From the IMG/VR virus record IMGVR_UViG_3300045988_126851, positions 1 to 64,000 of that record: DNA of 64,000 nt. One strand, 5' to 3'. The notes below the pieces were generated by a model, which was not told the origin of the DNA, searched no databases, and saw nothing but the letters and a program-made list of their open reading frames with translations. Positions 26,812 to 35,858 of the stretch are shown here, one piece after another. Position numbers and translations under genes: made by a program. Numbering within the stretch: the stretch's first letter is position 1; the number at the start of each line of letters is the position of its first letter. The DNA is from a virus.

Positions 26812-26933
26812 CAAAAGAATTTTTAATCAAAAGGGAGTTCCCAGTCCCTGTTAGTGATAGGTTTTATCATAATAATCAGTGATATTGAGAACTCCCATAA
26901 CGGCAAATGAAAGAAAGTGATTAAGTTTTGGTA

Positions 26934-27350
26934 TTAGTATAGTTCATCTGCCAGGCTTGGTTCTGGGTTATCAGATTCTTTTTCTTTAATTACGCATTCG
27001 TTACATTTTGTAGAGGATGAGGCTCTAGTGAATTTTTGATATGAGAATTGTTTGGTGTCCTCATCATAGGCAAATCTAAATATACCTTTACGGGCAATTC
27101 TCTTCCCGTAAGTTTTCTTTAGATTGTTATACCAGTCCATATATTCCTGAGGAGATTTAAAGATTTCTTCTTTGCCCTCTTGATCAGGATCTTTGCTTAT
27201 GGGTCTTACCCTCCAGTTAACCTTAATCTGATCAGGTAACATAGTTAGCGATAAAAAATATCGTGTCCAAGTACCTAACATAATGTTTCCAGTTTCCATC
27301 TCAATTGTAGAGGGAACCATTAATTGTGGAGTATAACAGTATTTTCTCAT
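26934..27350 (-). CDS. hypothetical protein
   Basis: 138-aa ORF with a 4-nt overlap with the upstream gene. Confidence 0.5.
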   Translation of the reverse strand: MRKYCYTPQLMVPSTIEMETGNIMLGTWTRYFLSLTMLPDQIKVNWRVRPISKDPDQEGKEEIFKSPQEYMDWYNNLKKTYGKRIARKGIFRFAYDEDTKQFSYQKFTRASSSTKCNECVIKEKESDNPEPSLADELY

Positions 27351-27727
27351 GATATAGAAAAGTTAAGTTGGAAAATCCAGCTGTTTTTATCGAGTTGATT
27401 GAATGATATGAATGTACCGTCGTTATCCGTAAAAGCATTCATAAATTCAATAGCAACCTGGGTTAATTGTCCCTTATAGGGATTAGTATCAGCAGTTATG
27501 GCAGATTCGAAAATAAATGTATAATATGCCGTATCCTCTATTTGTACTTGGTTAATATCCAAGCAATTGAGTTTGTAATCGTCCTCTAATCTGATTAGAA
27601 GTTCCATTAAGAGATTACAGAGATTACCCTGTTCATCTGAATCGAGTTCAAATGTAGATTTCTTGTCTAAGAAATTACGAACTACCTTTAATGTTTGGGA
27701 GTCGTTGTAAGTTACTGAATTTTTCAT
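27347..27727 (-). CDS. small acidic hypothetical protein
   Basis: 126-aa ORF preceded by cassette copy 2. Confidence 0.55.
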   Translation of the reverse strand: MKNSVTYNDSQTLKVVRNFLDKKSTFELDSDEQGNLCNLLMELLIRLEDDYKLNCLDINQVQIEDTAYYTFIFESAITADTNPYKGQLTQVAIEFMNAFTDNDGTFISFNQLDKNSWIFQLNFSIS

Positions 27728-27793
27728 AATGTCTATATTTAAATTGTTTCTCTATGCAAATATAATCATTTTTATTTTTATAGAAAAATATAT
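27725..27793 (-). repeat. promoter-leader cassette copy 2 (box at 27753-27764)
   Basis: 68 of 69 nt identical to copy 1. Confidence 0.9.
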
Positions 27794-27797
27794 TCTT

Positions 27798-28196
27798 TTA
27801 TTTTTCTATGGAGCTGAGGATGTAAGAAAGGTTACTTGTCTTCTTCAGTTCATCAAAAGCAATAGAAAGGCAATCTTCTTTATTGGCAAGAGAAGGAATT
27901 TCGAATTTACTAAAGAAATCCCTTATCGAATTCTTTAAGTATTCAGTAAGAGCTTCCGATATCTCTTTAGAGTCATAGGCTGAAATCAGGTTTTTTCTCA
28001 ACTCCATAAGATCTTCTTCGGATTTTATTAGTGAATCAGATTCTTTAATAAGAAAGAAGTTACCCTTATTAGTGATACCTTTTTGATAGCCGAGGTCTAT
28101 GATTTGATTCACAAATTTCCTATATAGGTCTCTGCTAACCTTGAAATAATTATCTCGATCTAAATTGAAGTATAGTGAGATTGAGGGTAATAACAA
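27798..28196 (-). CDS. hypothetical protein
   Basis: 132-aa ORF ending exactly at the cassette boundary. The start codon is uncertain. Confidence 0.45.
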   Translation of the reverse strand: MLLPSISLYFNLDRDNYFKVSRDLYRKFVNQIIDLGYQKGITNKGNFFLIKESDSLIKSEEDLMELRKNLISAYDSKEISEALTEYLKNSIRDFFSKFEIPSLANKEDCLSIAFDELKKTSNLSYILSSIEK

Positions 28197-28326
28197 GTTG
28201 AATAACTTTAGAGGTTCTTCCCTTATTTAGCTATGTTATTAGTATCCTCTACATGGATGCTTCTAATCTCTAAGCATAATCCATTATCTAACTGAACTAG
28301 TAAGTTTACTGATTGTAGTTGATTTT

Positions 28327-29001
28327 TCATAATTCTGTATCTTTTGTTTTATCGTTAATGAATGATTGAACTTCTCGGTGTATGATGTTAGAAACTACTA
28401 CTTGATCCTTAGCAGTTTCCTCTATCTTAGTTATTTCTTCAGAGATAAAAGCAGCAAGAAAATCAGAAGAGTTCTTATAATAAGCTACCCATTCTTTTAT
28501 CCAGTTAGCCTCTAAGTAATACCTGTAATTACCAAAAAGATCTTCAATAGCAAGATTAGTATTAGCATAGGGGCTAACAAGATTCCTGATATTGCATAGC
28601 AGATCGGCATATTCCTCTGGTATTCTCAAAGACCGAGGAATATCGTCTAAATTTGATATATCAGGTATGAAATGGGTTTTATAAAGTGATTTTAGGGGCT
28701 TTTGATAACCTAAGCTTAGATTAAAAGCTTCTTTAGAATATAAAAGAGAGAAGAAGTACATGAATCTGTAGTACATTAAGTTTGGTACTATATCATATAC
28801 TTTGTAATATTTCTGATAGTCGTTATATAGCTTGATGTAGATCTTATCGTCAAATATTGCAAAGGTTCTCAACATATAAGGAATGTTGAACTCTAGATCG
28901 TTATAGAAATCAGCAAACCTGATATTCTTCTGATCATCCAAATAAAGTAAGTTCTTGCAGTATTTTAGCTGCTGTTCTGGTTTTTTCTTAAATAAGTTCA
29001 T
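28327..29001 (-). CDS. hypothetical protein
   Basis: The start is moved to MNLFKKKPEQQ (ATG 28999-29001), 4 nt after the stop of the upstream gene. This removes an 83-nt overlap. Confidence 0.5.
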   Translation of the reverse strand: MNLFKKKPEQQLKYCKNLLYLDDQKNIRFADFYNDLEFNIPYMLRTFAIFDDKIYIKLYNDYQKYYKVYDIVPNLMYYRFMYFFSLLYSKEAFNLSLGYQKPLKSLYKTHFIPDISNLDDIPRSLRIPEEYADLLCNIRNLVSPYANTNLAIEDLFGNYRYYLEANWIKEWVAYYKNSSDFLAAFISEEITKIEETAKDQVVVSNIIHREVQSFINDKTKDTEL

Positions 29002-29005
29002 GTGA

Positions 29006-29221
29006 TTAAAATGTAAAGTCAATGTATATCTTTCTTGTTCCCTTGAGAAATTTTTCGTGATTTGAGTCATCATACTTATGGCAAGCATAAGTCTTAGATG
29101 ATTTATCGTAATGGTCTCTTACCCATACTGGAGCAGTATCTGTAGGTTTCAGTTTAAAATATGTACCTTGATTAACTTTGTTAACCGTGGTTTCTTTGTA
29201 GGTTGGTTTTAATGTTTCCAT
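29006..29221 (-). CDS. small hypothetical protein
   Basis: The start is moved to METLKPTYKE (ATG 29219-29221), 22 nt downstream of the promoter box at 29244-29255. The longer listed ORF would run through the promoter and the terminator. Confidence 0.5.
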   Translation of the reverse strand: METLKPTYKETTVNKVNQGTYFKLKPTDTAPVWVRDHYDKSSKTYACHKYDDSNHEKFLKGTRKIYIDFTF

Positions 29222-29243
29222 ATTTTGTCTATTTTTAAATTGA

Positions 29244-29255
29244 TATGCAAATATA
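29244..29255 (-). promoter_or_regulatory. TATATTTGCATA promoter box
   Basis: Exact 12-mer. Confidence 0.55.
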
Positions 29256-29297
29256 ATTCTTTTTATTAAATTATGCAATAACCCCATAAACATAGAG

Positions 29298-29324
29298 AAG
29301 CCCCGATTATAGATGTCGGGGCTT
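29298..29324 (-). terminator. hairpin terminator after 29328..30227
   Basis: aagccccga...tcggggctt immediately after the stop, with a moderately U-rich tail. Confidence 0.5.
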
Positions 29325-29327
29325 AGT

Positions 29328-30227
29328 TTATTTAGATAAGAATCGGGCCGTAAATGGAGTATCATCCTCTTCCTCCTCTATTTCTTCATAGGATATTAGT
29401 TCTGGGTCTTCTTCATCTGGATCAATCCTCATCTCTATTTCTCTTCTCAGTTCATGATGCTCCCTTGAAGAAACTTCTAATGCCCCTTTATAATCATCAG
29501 TTATCTGAGTTAACTCTTGTTTATTGATATTAAGACCCTCTTTACTAACATCTACTCCCTCTTGCTTAGTAGCAACTACCTCGGGCAATGAACTAAGATC
29601 ATATTTAGCTTCTAGGAGTTTAGCTTCTTCTGTTTTATCTTGAATCTTTTGAGATTCTAAAATAATCTTTCTAGCTTCCTCTATACTAATGCCCTGTTCT
29701 TGCTGAATATTGTTCTGTTGATTGAATTGATTGAAGATATTAGTAGTACCATTCCCAGTGAACCCTCTTATCAATGATTGAAGAGAATTAGTAGAATCCA
29801 GCTTCATTTTCAAAGCCTTGTTCAATTCAGCAGAAATAAAGGGCATATACTTCCCACCCTGTGAATCTCTTAATAGATTAACCTGATGAGATACTTCCAT
29901 TCTATCCTCTAATACCCATGCTAATTGTTCTCCAAGTAAGGCTTCTATAAGTGATTCTTGTTTATCCTTATCCCATATCCTACTTGACAGAAGTCTATCT
30001 CTCATGAATACTCTTATCTGATTAACGTCTATCCCTAACTTATTAGAGAAAGTGTTAATATCATAAGTAACACCACAAAGTACTCCATTACCCAATAACC
30101 ATTGGTTTATAAGGTAATTTTGTACTTTTAATAAATCCTCAGGCTTTTGGGTTTTCTGATACTCTAATGCAAGAGCAGTAGTTCCCATTGGTCGAGGAAA
30201 TCTCTTTATTTTATCTTTTCCTTCCAT
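29328..30227 (-). CDS. hypothetical protein with acidic C terminus
   Basis: 299-aa ORF. Confidence 0.55.
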   Translation of the reverse strand: MEGKDKIKRFPRPMGTTALALEYQKTQKPEDLLKVQNYLINQWLLGNGVLCGVTYDINTFSNKLGIDVNQIRVFMRDRLLSSRIWDKDKQESLIEALLGEQLAWVLEDRMEVSHQVNLLRDSQGGKYMPFISAELNKALKMKLDSTNSLQSLIRGFTGNGTTNIFNQFNQQNNIQQEQGISIEEARKIILESQKIQDKTEEAKLLEAKYDLSSLPEVVATKQEGVDVSKEGLNINKQELTQITDDYKGALEVSSREHHELRREIEMRIDPDEEDPELISYEEIEEEEDDTPFTARFLSK

Positions 30228-30486
30228 ATAAGTGAGCCTTTCTTATATCTTTAGATTCTTCATATCCAATCTTTTCTAAGGTATAACAGATGAAAGCGTT
30301 TATACTCTGATTATAGAAATATCCTTTATATCTATCCTTACCATAGAATAAACTAAAAGCTACACCAGAGAGTAAATCCCTGGTGTAAATTAATCTCTCT
30401 TTTCCTAATATGGGGATTTCTAAACAAATCCTATAATCGGATGCCTTAAATTTATTGCCATGAAGATCGATTATTTCTCTTACCAT
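30211..30486 (-). CDS. hypothetical protein
   Basis: 91-aa ORF in a tightly overlapping operon. Confidence 0.45.
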   Translation of the reverse strand: MVREIIDLHGNKFKASDYRICLEIPILGKERLIYTRDLLSGVAFSLFYGKDRYKGYFYNQSINAFICYTLEKIGYEESKDIRKAHLYGRKR

Positions 30487-30874
30487 AATTTGCCTTTTTA
30501 GGGTCCGAGGATTTTTTGTCTTGTTTACTATGGCTATTTAATTGCCTTTGCTCTTCGATCCTTTTTTGCATTTTCGGATATAACCTTCTCCTTAGGGGAA
30601 CTACCTGAGTTGCAAAAAAGGCATTCCATAATTTCTGGGATAAAGGTTCTCCAACTTTGAGTTTGGATATTGCCCAGAATTTAGATTCGAAATTCTTCAC
30701 TATTTCTCTGAATCGATAATAATAGATAATACCCGATTTATTATCTCTTCCGATAGTAGTAGTTTGGCAATATTCCAGAAACTCTTTACCTAATTCGGAT
30801 ATGAATTCTTCCCTTTTAAAATCAAAGTTCTCTTGATCTAGTTTGAATAATTTTACGTAATCGATTGCTTCCAT
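30452..30874 (-). CDS. hypothetical protein
   Basis: 140-aa ORF with a basic C terminus. Confidence 0.5.
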   Translation of the reverse strand: MEAIDYVKLFKLDQENFDFKREEFISELGKEFLEYCQTTTIGRDNKSGIIYYYRFREIVKNFESKFWAISKLKVGEPLSQKLWNAFFATQVVPLRRRLYPKMQKRIEEQRQLNSHSKQDKKSSDPKKANYGKRNNRSSWQ

Positions 30875-30880
30875 ATAAGT

Positions 30881-31240
30881 TTAGTGATTAATTAACATTA
30901 TAGGTCTGGGGATTTCCTCATCTGTGATTTGGAATAAATATCCCCTTATATCATCCTCATAGTATGAAGACCAATAAGTTCTCCGGATTCTAAAATTATC
31001 TAAGATTGCCCCTTTGGGGATTCCAGTAACGAATAATCGATGTTTGGGCATTACGGGAGTGATTTCGAATTTACCCTCTTTAAAGTTACCAAAAGTACAA
31101 TAATCTGGCATATTACCAGTGAATCCGGTAGGTTGTAATACATCTTGGATTAAAGCAGTTTGAGGTATTTCTCTTTGATTGCATTCGATGGTCAATTTCG
31201 ATTTGCCTATATATAGGTCTTTAACTATTTCTCTAAACAT
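30881..31240 (-). CDS. hypothetical protein
   Basis: 119-aa ORF. Confidence 0.5.
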   Translation of the reverse strand: MFREIVKDLYIGKSKLTIECNQREIPQTALIQDVLQPTGFTGNMPDYCTFGNFKEGKFEITPVMPKHRLFVTGIPKGAILDNFRIRRTYWSSYYEDDIRGYLFQITDEEIPRPIMLINH

Positions 31241-31521
31241 CTGTATATAATTATGTGAGTGATACCATTCTTTTTAAAGTAAGAGCCATCTTTAGAATGT
31301 TCCTCTAACTTTTTCAATTCTCTTCGAGATTCAGTACAAACCCTATCCGATTTCCTTAATATACCAAAAGCGTTATCCCATATAGGGGTCATAGGATCAA
31401 CTGGCCCTGCATATATTACCTGATGCCTTGCCATAATTTGAGGATATTTGGATTTGTACTGGTATTTACCCTTGAGGTAAAGTACATTATACTTTTCTAG
31501 ATTTTCTTTTTCGTTTAACAT
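31225..31521 (-). CDS. hypothetical protein
   Basis: 98-aa ORF. Confidence 0.45.
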   Translation of the reverse strand: MLNEKENLEKYNVLYLKGKYQYKSKYPQIMARHQVIYAGPVDPMTPIWDNAFGILRKSDRVCTESRRELKKLEEHSKDGSYFKKNGITHIIIYRCLEK

Positions 31522-31786
31522 TGGCTTTGTTGTTATTGATATAATCTGATATCTGATCTAATTGATTTAAAACTAAGGCTTGTACAAATATTGATATAGG
31601 CCTGAAAAAGTAATTCCTTACGTTCTTTGGATTGATATACCAATCGTAGATTATAAAGAACTTCTTAATCTTAGAATGCTTAAGTGATCTCTGAACTAAA
31701 TAAGTCTTACAACATCTTTTATGTAATTCTAGCAGTTCTTTATCTTGCTTAAGCATCTCCTTTTCTGAGAAGATGATATAGTCCAT
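31487..31786 (-). CDS. hypothetical protein
   Basis: 99-aa ORF. Confidence 0.45.
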   Translation of the reverse strand: MDYIIFSEKEMLKQDKELLELHKRCCKTYLVQRSLKHSKIKKFFIIYDWYINPKNVRNYFFRPISIFVQALVLNQLDQISDYINNNKANVKRKRKSRKV

Positions 31787-31804
31787 TAATTTAAGAAGAG
31801 ATAT

Positions 31805-31830
31805 AAGTCCCAGGTGAGTTCCCGGGACTT
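31805..31830 (-). terminator. hairpin after 31848..32324
   Basis: aagtccc(a)gg...cccgggactt. The U tract is weak. Confidence 0.4.
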
Positions 31831-31847
31831 AGGTTAATGGTTTGTAA

Positions 31848-32324
31848 TTATGCAACCTGCTCTGGTTTGAGAACCTTTTTCTTGAAGTCCTCATATTTCT
31901 TAGCAGCATCCTTGAACTCTTTAGAATTTTGATCCTTGATACGGAACATTTCCCGTTCAAGTCTATGTAATTCGTTTCGAGTTTGTTGTCTCCATTTCTT
32001 ACGGGCAAGTGTATCAGTTATATCCTCAGGGTATACGTATTTCACTTCCCGATTGGAAATCACTTGTTCAATGATTGAGGGTTTTTGTTGTTGTTTTACT
32101 TCCTTGATGGTTTCTTCCTTCTTGAATTTCTTTCCCTTTGGTTTGAGTTCTACCAATTTAGCCTTAGAGAATTCTTTGGCAGCTTCTTTAGATTCTTCTA
32201 CCAATTGTTTCTTGGTCTTTTGGCCTTTGGCTTTAGTAGTTTTTGACTTGGAAACTTGTTCCTTAACTTCGTTCAACTGATTAGCAACTAAGGTTGCAAT
32301 AGTGTTTTCTAAATTCTTTTTCAT
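31848..32324 (-). CDS. lysine-rich hypothetical protein
   Basis: 158-aa K/E-rich ORF preceded by cassette copy 3. Confidence 0.55.
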   Translation of the reverse strand: MKKNLENTIATLVANQLNEVKEQVSKSKTTKAKGQKTKKQLVEESKEAAKEFSKAKLVELKPKGKKFKKEETIKEVKQQQKPSIIEQVISNREVKYVYPEDITDTLARKKWRQQTRNELHRLEREMFRIKDQNSKEFKDAAKKYEDFKKKVLKPEQVA

Positions 32325-32362
32325 AATGTCTATATTTAAATTGTTTCTCTATGCAAATATAA
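32322..32362 (-). repeat. promoter-leader cassette copy 3 (41 nt, box at 32350-32361)
   Basis: cataatgtctatatttaaattgtttctctatgcaaatataa, identical to the first 41 nt of copy 2. Confidence 0.9.
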
Positions 32363-32416
32363 GAATAATATATTATTCTACAAAAGAAAAATAAATTTAT
32401 TTTCTAAATTCTAAGG

Positions 32417-32941
32417 TTAATCCTCAAGGAAATCGAAGATGTCATCAGAGTAGGTAATATTATCTTCGGGATCTGATAAGTAATCTTCCCGATGTTCTTC
32501 ATAGTAATCAAAGATATTATCTACCTGTTGTTCTTTAGTGTAAAACTTACAATTTACTAGCTTACATTTACCTGGATTGTTTTTTAGGTATGTATAAGCT
32601 TCCTCTAAGGTTAAAGGCTTATCTGATAATACTTCAAAGGTTTCCTTTTTAGGTCCATTAAAGTGTATGTTTAGTTTATTACCAGATCTTTCTACTTGGG
32701 CATTTGGTGAAGTTTCTACTTCTACTAAATATCTATATTTCCGAGTTCCCTTTGGTTGAGAAATGATTACCTGTTTCTCTTCTACCCTGGGTGTATCAGA
32801 AATAAAAGCAGGAATTGCCTTAACCATATTGCATTGGTGAGATCCCTTATCTAAGGTCCCAATGAGAATAGAGAAAGCAATTCCTGCTCCGATAATGGGC
32901 AATATGAGATTATTTTTGGAGTTCATATCCAGTTTCTTCAA
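32417..32941 (-). CDS. membrane-anchored hypothetical protein
   Basis: N-terminal helix LILPIIGAGIAFSILIG. 174 aa. Confidence 0.5.
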   Translation of the reverse strand: MKKLDMNSKNNLILPIIGAGIAFSILIGTLDKGSHQCNMVKAIPAFISDTPRVEEKQVIISQPKGTRKYRYLVEVETSPNAQVERSGNKLNIHFNGPKKETFEVLSDKPLTLEEAYTYLKNNPGKCKLVNCKFYTKEQQVDNIFDYYEEHREDYLSDPEDNITYSDDIFDFLED

Positions 32942-33176
32942 ATTTGCCCTTGATATATTGGTTTAAGTATTTGCCCTTAGAGGATGCCTCATGTAAGCCA
33001 TTTGCTATATCATGAGGAACCTTATCATATCGATAAACTCTGTTGTTTTTAAAAGCTACCCATAATTCCTTTTGGGATGAGCTATAACCATATCCTTCTA
33101 AGTTAGAGGATTCACAAGGTATCATCTCTATTCCCAAAATTGATTCAACCTGTTTTAAGTAATCGTTCTTTTCCAT
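32910..33176 (-). CDS. KTSC-domain protein
   Basis: SSNLEGYGYSSSQKELWVAFKNNRVYRYDKVPHDIANGLHEASSKGKYLNQYIKGKF matches the KTSC pattern (S..i..igY.....L.v.F..g..Y.Y..VP......l....SKG.y.n..Ik). Confidence 0.65.
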   Translation of the reverse strand: MEKNDYLKQVESILGIEMIPCESSNLEGYGYSSSQKELWVAFKNNRVYRYDKVPHDIANGLHEASSKGKYLNQYIKGKFEETGYELQK

Positions 33177-33181
33177 GGTGT

Positions 33182-33553
33182 CTATATTTTAAGTAATGTA
33201 ATCTCTGGGTGATAATTGATTTGAATCTCATGAAGGAGTTCCCATGCTCCGCATACTCCCTGAGAATTGTCGATCAGCCATTCATCTTCCATTTTGAATA
33301 AGATATGTGAACATATCATTAGCTGATATTCATTGAGCATTTTTATGAAAGTAGGGTACCTTTCTATAGTAACATATCTTTCTATCTCTTGATCTAAGGC
33401 AAATTGAATCTCCTCATCCTCAATCTGAAGAAGGCTTCTGAGTAGTCCTTTATCGAAAGGTTTATTAGCTTTCAGATCTTCTTTGAGAGAAGATAGTGAT
33501 TCAATTTGAATATCAGCTATTAGCTTAATGATGTCCTTTGTTTCCTTGTCCAT
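33182..33553 (-). CDS. hypothetical protein
   Basis: 123-aa ORF with the promoter box 16 nt upstream. Confidence 0.5.
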   Translation of the reverse strand: MDKETKDIIKLIADIQIESLSSLKEDLKANKPFDKGLLRSLLQIEDEEIQFALDQEIERYVTIERYPTFIKMLNEYQLMICSHILFKMEDEWLIDNSQGVCGAWELLHEIQINYHPEITLLKI

Positions 33554-33569
33554 AATTAAAATTTTTCTT

Positions 33570-33581
33570 TATGCAAATATA
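33570..33581 (-). promoter_or_regulatory. TATATTTGCATA promoter box
   Basis: Exact 12-mer. Confidence 0.55.
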
Positions 33582-33638
33582 CTAAATTTATTTCTATATA
33601 AAATATCTTTTTATTAAAAACTGTGGTTAAGGAGGGTG

Positions 33639-34487
33639 TTACTTTCTCTGAATGACTTCTTCCATCTTTTCTTTGATTGAATCAGGGAATACAGCATCGC
33701 CTACCCATCTTAAGAAGAATTTAGAAGGTTTCTTATCTGGATTGAGCAATAGTTGTCTTTGTTCCGTAGAGAACTTAATACGTTCTGATTCAAGCATCCA
33801 TTTGGGTAATTTAGTGAACTCAGCTTGAGAGAAAGAAATAGTTTTCTTACCAATTTGGGCCTTTAATGGTTTCTTTCTTTCCTTATACAAATAGGGAATA
33901 ACCTTTTTCGAAGGCCCCTTGAGGATACTGAAACCAAAGATAATCATTGGATCAAATTTATCTGCTTTTGGATCCTTAGCACGTTTAATACACCTTGCCA
34001 TCCAAGAGAACGAATTAGGATATTGATTATTATCTGTAGCTTCTCCCACATCCTTTTTATTGAACTCAAACCCAGGGAAATGATAAAGGAAATCCTCTGT
34101 AAGGATAAATACAAATCCCAATCCTCTAAGGTATTTGATAATCTCTTGTTGGGTTTTACCCTCTTCAACCATTTTCTCTACATCTAAGAGAATATCCTCT
34201 CTTGGAGATTCTATTTCTTGAGTAGTAGAGTTAGCAGGTCTTCCTCTTCCTGCAGACGGTGCCTTTATTGGGAGATTACCAGATAATCTATCTAGATAAT
34301 CTTTAAAATTATTTATTTCGGATTGATTAGTAAGAGTTACTTCTACTCTTATAGGTCCATTATGTTGTACCTTTGGACCGGAATTCATTTCTGTATAAGC
34401 ATCTACCAATCTATCGGATAATGGAGTACCATTTTCTGACAGAGTAGTGATTCTGAGTTTCGATTTAAATATTTCTTCTTTTTCCAT
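33639..34487 (-). CDS. hypothetical protein
   Basis: 282-aa ORF. Confidence 0.55.
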   Translation of the reverse strand: MEKEEIFKSKLRITTLSENGTPLSDRLVDAYTEMNSGPKVQHNGPIRVEVTLTNQSEINNFKDYLDRLSGNLPIKAPSAGRGRPANSTTQEIESPREDILLDVEKMVEEGKTQQEIIKYLRGLGFVFILTEDFLYHFPGFEFNKKDVGEATDNNQYPNSFSWMARCIKRAKDPKADKFDPMIIFGFSILKGPSKKVIPYLYKERKKPLKAQIGKKTISFSQAEFTKLPKWMLESERIKFSTEQRQLLLNPDKKPSKFFLRWVGDAVFPDSIKEKMEEVIQRK

Positions 34488-34497
34488 AATGCTTTAA

Positions 34498-34541
34498 TGA
34501 TAAAAAGAAAGGCCTGAACAAAAGTGTTATTTGTCAGGCCT
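34498..34541 (-). terminator. intrinsic terminator after 34591..35145
   Basis: aggcctgacaa...ttgttcaggcct on the minus strand, followed by TTCTTTTTAT. Confidence 0.7.
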
Positions 34542-34590
34542 TTACTGTTATTAACGAATACTTAAAAGTATGGGAATAGAAAGGTTTTTA

Positions 34591-35145
34591 TTAATCTTCT
34601 TCTTTAGAGGCCTTCTTTTTCTTTTTGTCTTTGGCCTTTTTGTCTTCCTTCTTGGTAGAAGGTTTTTCTTTAACCTTTGCCTTAGATTCCTTTTTGGAAG
34701 TTTCTTTCTTCTCTTTTGGAGCATCTCCCTGAGCAAGTTTTCTTTGCTCCATACGATATTTCTTCTTTTCGGCAGAAGTCATTTCTCTACCATCGATAAG
34801 AGGATAATCGTATTTAGTAGCTACTCTACCTGAACCCTTAGGTTCCTTTTTGTCTTCTTTGGCTTTTGCCTTAGATTTAGAGTTTTTCTCTTTGAGTTTA
34901 ACGAGTTTAGCCTCATTAGCCTCATCACCTTCGGGATATTTAGCAGCAACTTTATCCCGTTCTTTGTTGAGCTTATTTACAAGTTCGGTAACCTTTTTAC
35001 CGTGTTTCTTGTCCTTAGTCCAATCCTTAGTGGGATCCAGGTTGTTCTCTTTAAGATAAGCTTCAAGAGCTGCCTTTGCCTTAGAAAGTTCCGGAGTTTT
35101 ATTAACCGGTTTGTCTTTCTTCTTTTTCTTTTTGTCCTTAGTCAT
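34591..35145 (-). CDS. highly lysine-rich protein
   Basis: 184 aa, with K-rich N and C termini (MTKDKKKKKKDKP..., ...KEDKKAKDKKKKKASKEED). Confidence 0.55.
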   Translation of the reverse strand: MTKDKKKKKKDKPVNKTPELSKAKAALEAYLKENNLDPTKDWTKDKKHGKKVTELVNKLNKERDKVAAKYPEGDEANEAKLVKLKEKNSKSKAKAKEDKKEPKGSGRVATKYDYPLIDGREMTSAEKKKYRMEQRKLAQGDAPKEKKETSKKESKAKVKEKPSTKKEDKKAKDKKKKKASKEED

Positions 35146-35192
35146 TGTAGTTAATCTATTGGTTAATTATTTCCCTATGTATAATCCCATAG

Positions 35193-35552
35193 TTATAATT
35201 TCCGAATATAAGTTTGGTTTTCCTTAATTTCTAGGATTTTAAGCTCTTCCTGATTTGACAGTGATATTACTTCTAAAACATCTCGAATATCTTGTTCAGA
35301 TAGATTATTGAAAGATGCTTCATATAAATCGGATCCCAGTTGAAATTTTACCTCAGTTCTGGTACCTTGTATTAGACTTTTTAACGAATTGGAAATACTT
35401 GAAAGTTTTCTTTTAAGATACTTAATATGAAGAGAAATGGATTGGTATTTACCCTTATTACCTTTCCTGAGAGCAAGGTTCATTTGGTATTTAGAGTATT
35501 CTAAGTCTTTTAGAATTACTGAATACTTTCTTATGAGTTCTTTGAGTTCCAT
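35193..35552 (-). CDS. hypothetical protein
   Basis: 119-aa ORF. Confidence 0.5.
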   Translation of the reverse strand: MELKELIRKYSVILKDLEYSKYQMNLALRKGNKGKYQSISLHIKYLKRKLSSISNSLKSLIQGTRTEVKFQLGSDLYEASFNNLSEQDIRDVLEVISLSNQEELKILEIKENQTYIRKL

Positions 35553-35734
35553 TTGGGTCTTGGTATTGGATTGGGTATTTCTTGATCTGATAACATTTCT
35601 TTTGCTTCTTCAATAATTAGAGAAGCAAGTTCTTTCTCCTCCTCATTTAGATTTTCTAGTACTTCCGTATAAGTATTTATAAGATTATCCAAAGCAATGA
35701 TAATAATATTCTTTCTGATTTCGTATTTATCCAT
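35531..35734 (-). CDS. small acidic hypothetical protein
   Basis: 67-aa ORF. Confidence 0.4.
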   Translation of the reverse strand: MDKYEIRKNIIIIALDNLINTYTEVLENLNEEEKELASLIIEEAKEMLSDQEIPNPIPRPKWNSKNS

Positions 35735-35750
35735 AGGAAGCAGTATTTAG

Positions 35751-35791
35751 ATAAAATAAAAGCCAACTACCTATCCCAGGCAATTGGCTTA
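35751..35791 (-). terminator. intrinsic terminator after 35859..36245
   Basis: aagccaa...ttggctt on the minus strand, followed by TTATTTTATC. Confidence 0.6.
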
Positions 35792-35858
35792 AAAGTGAAA
35801 ACAAAATGTAAAATAATTAGTGTTATGAACTAAACTCTTTATGCAGACATATCAATTA

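Noticed and set aside
27729-27938. Plus-strand 69-aa ORF
   Set aside because: It starts inside promoter-leader cassette copy 2 and runs antisense to 27798..28196.
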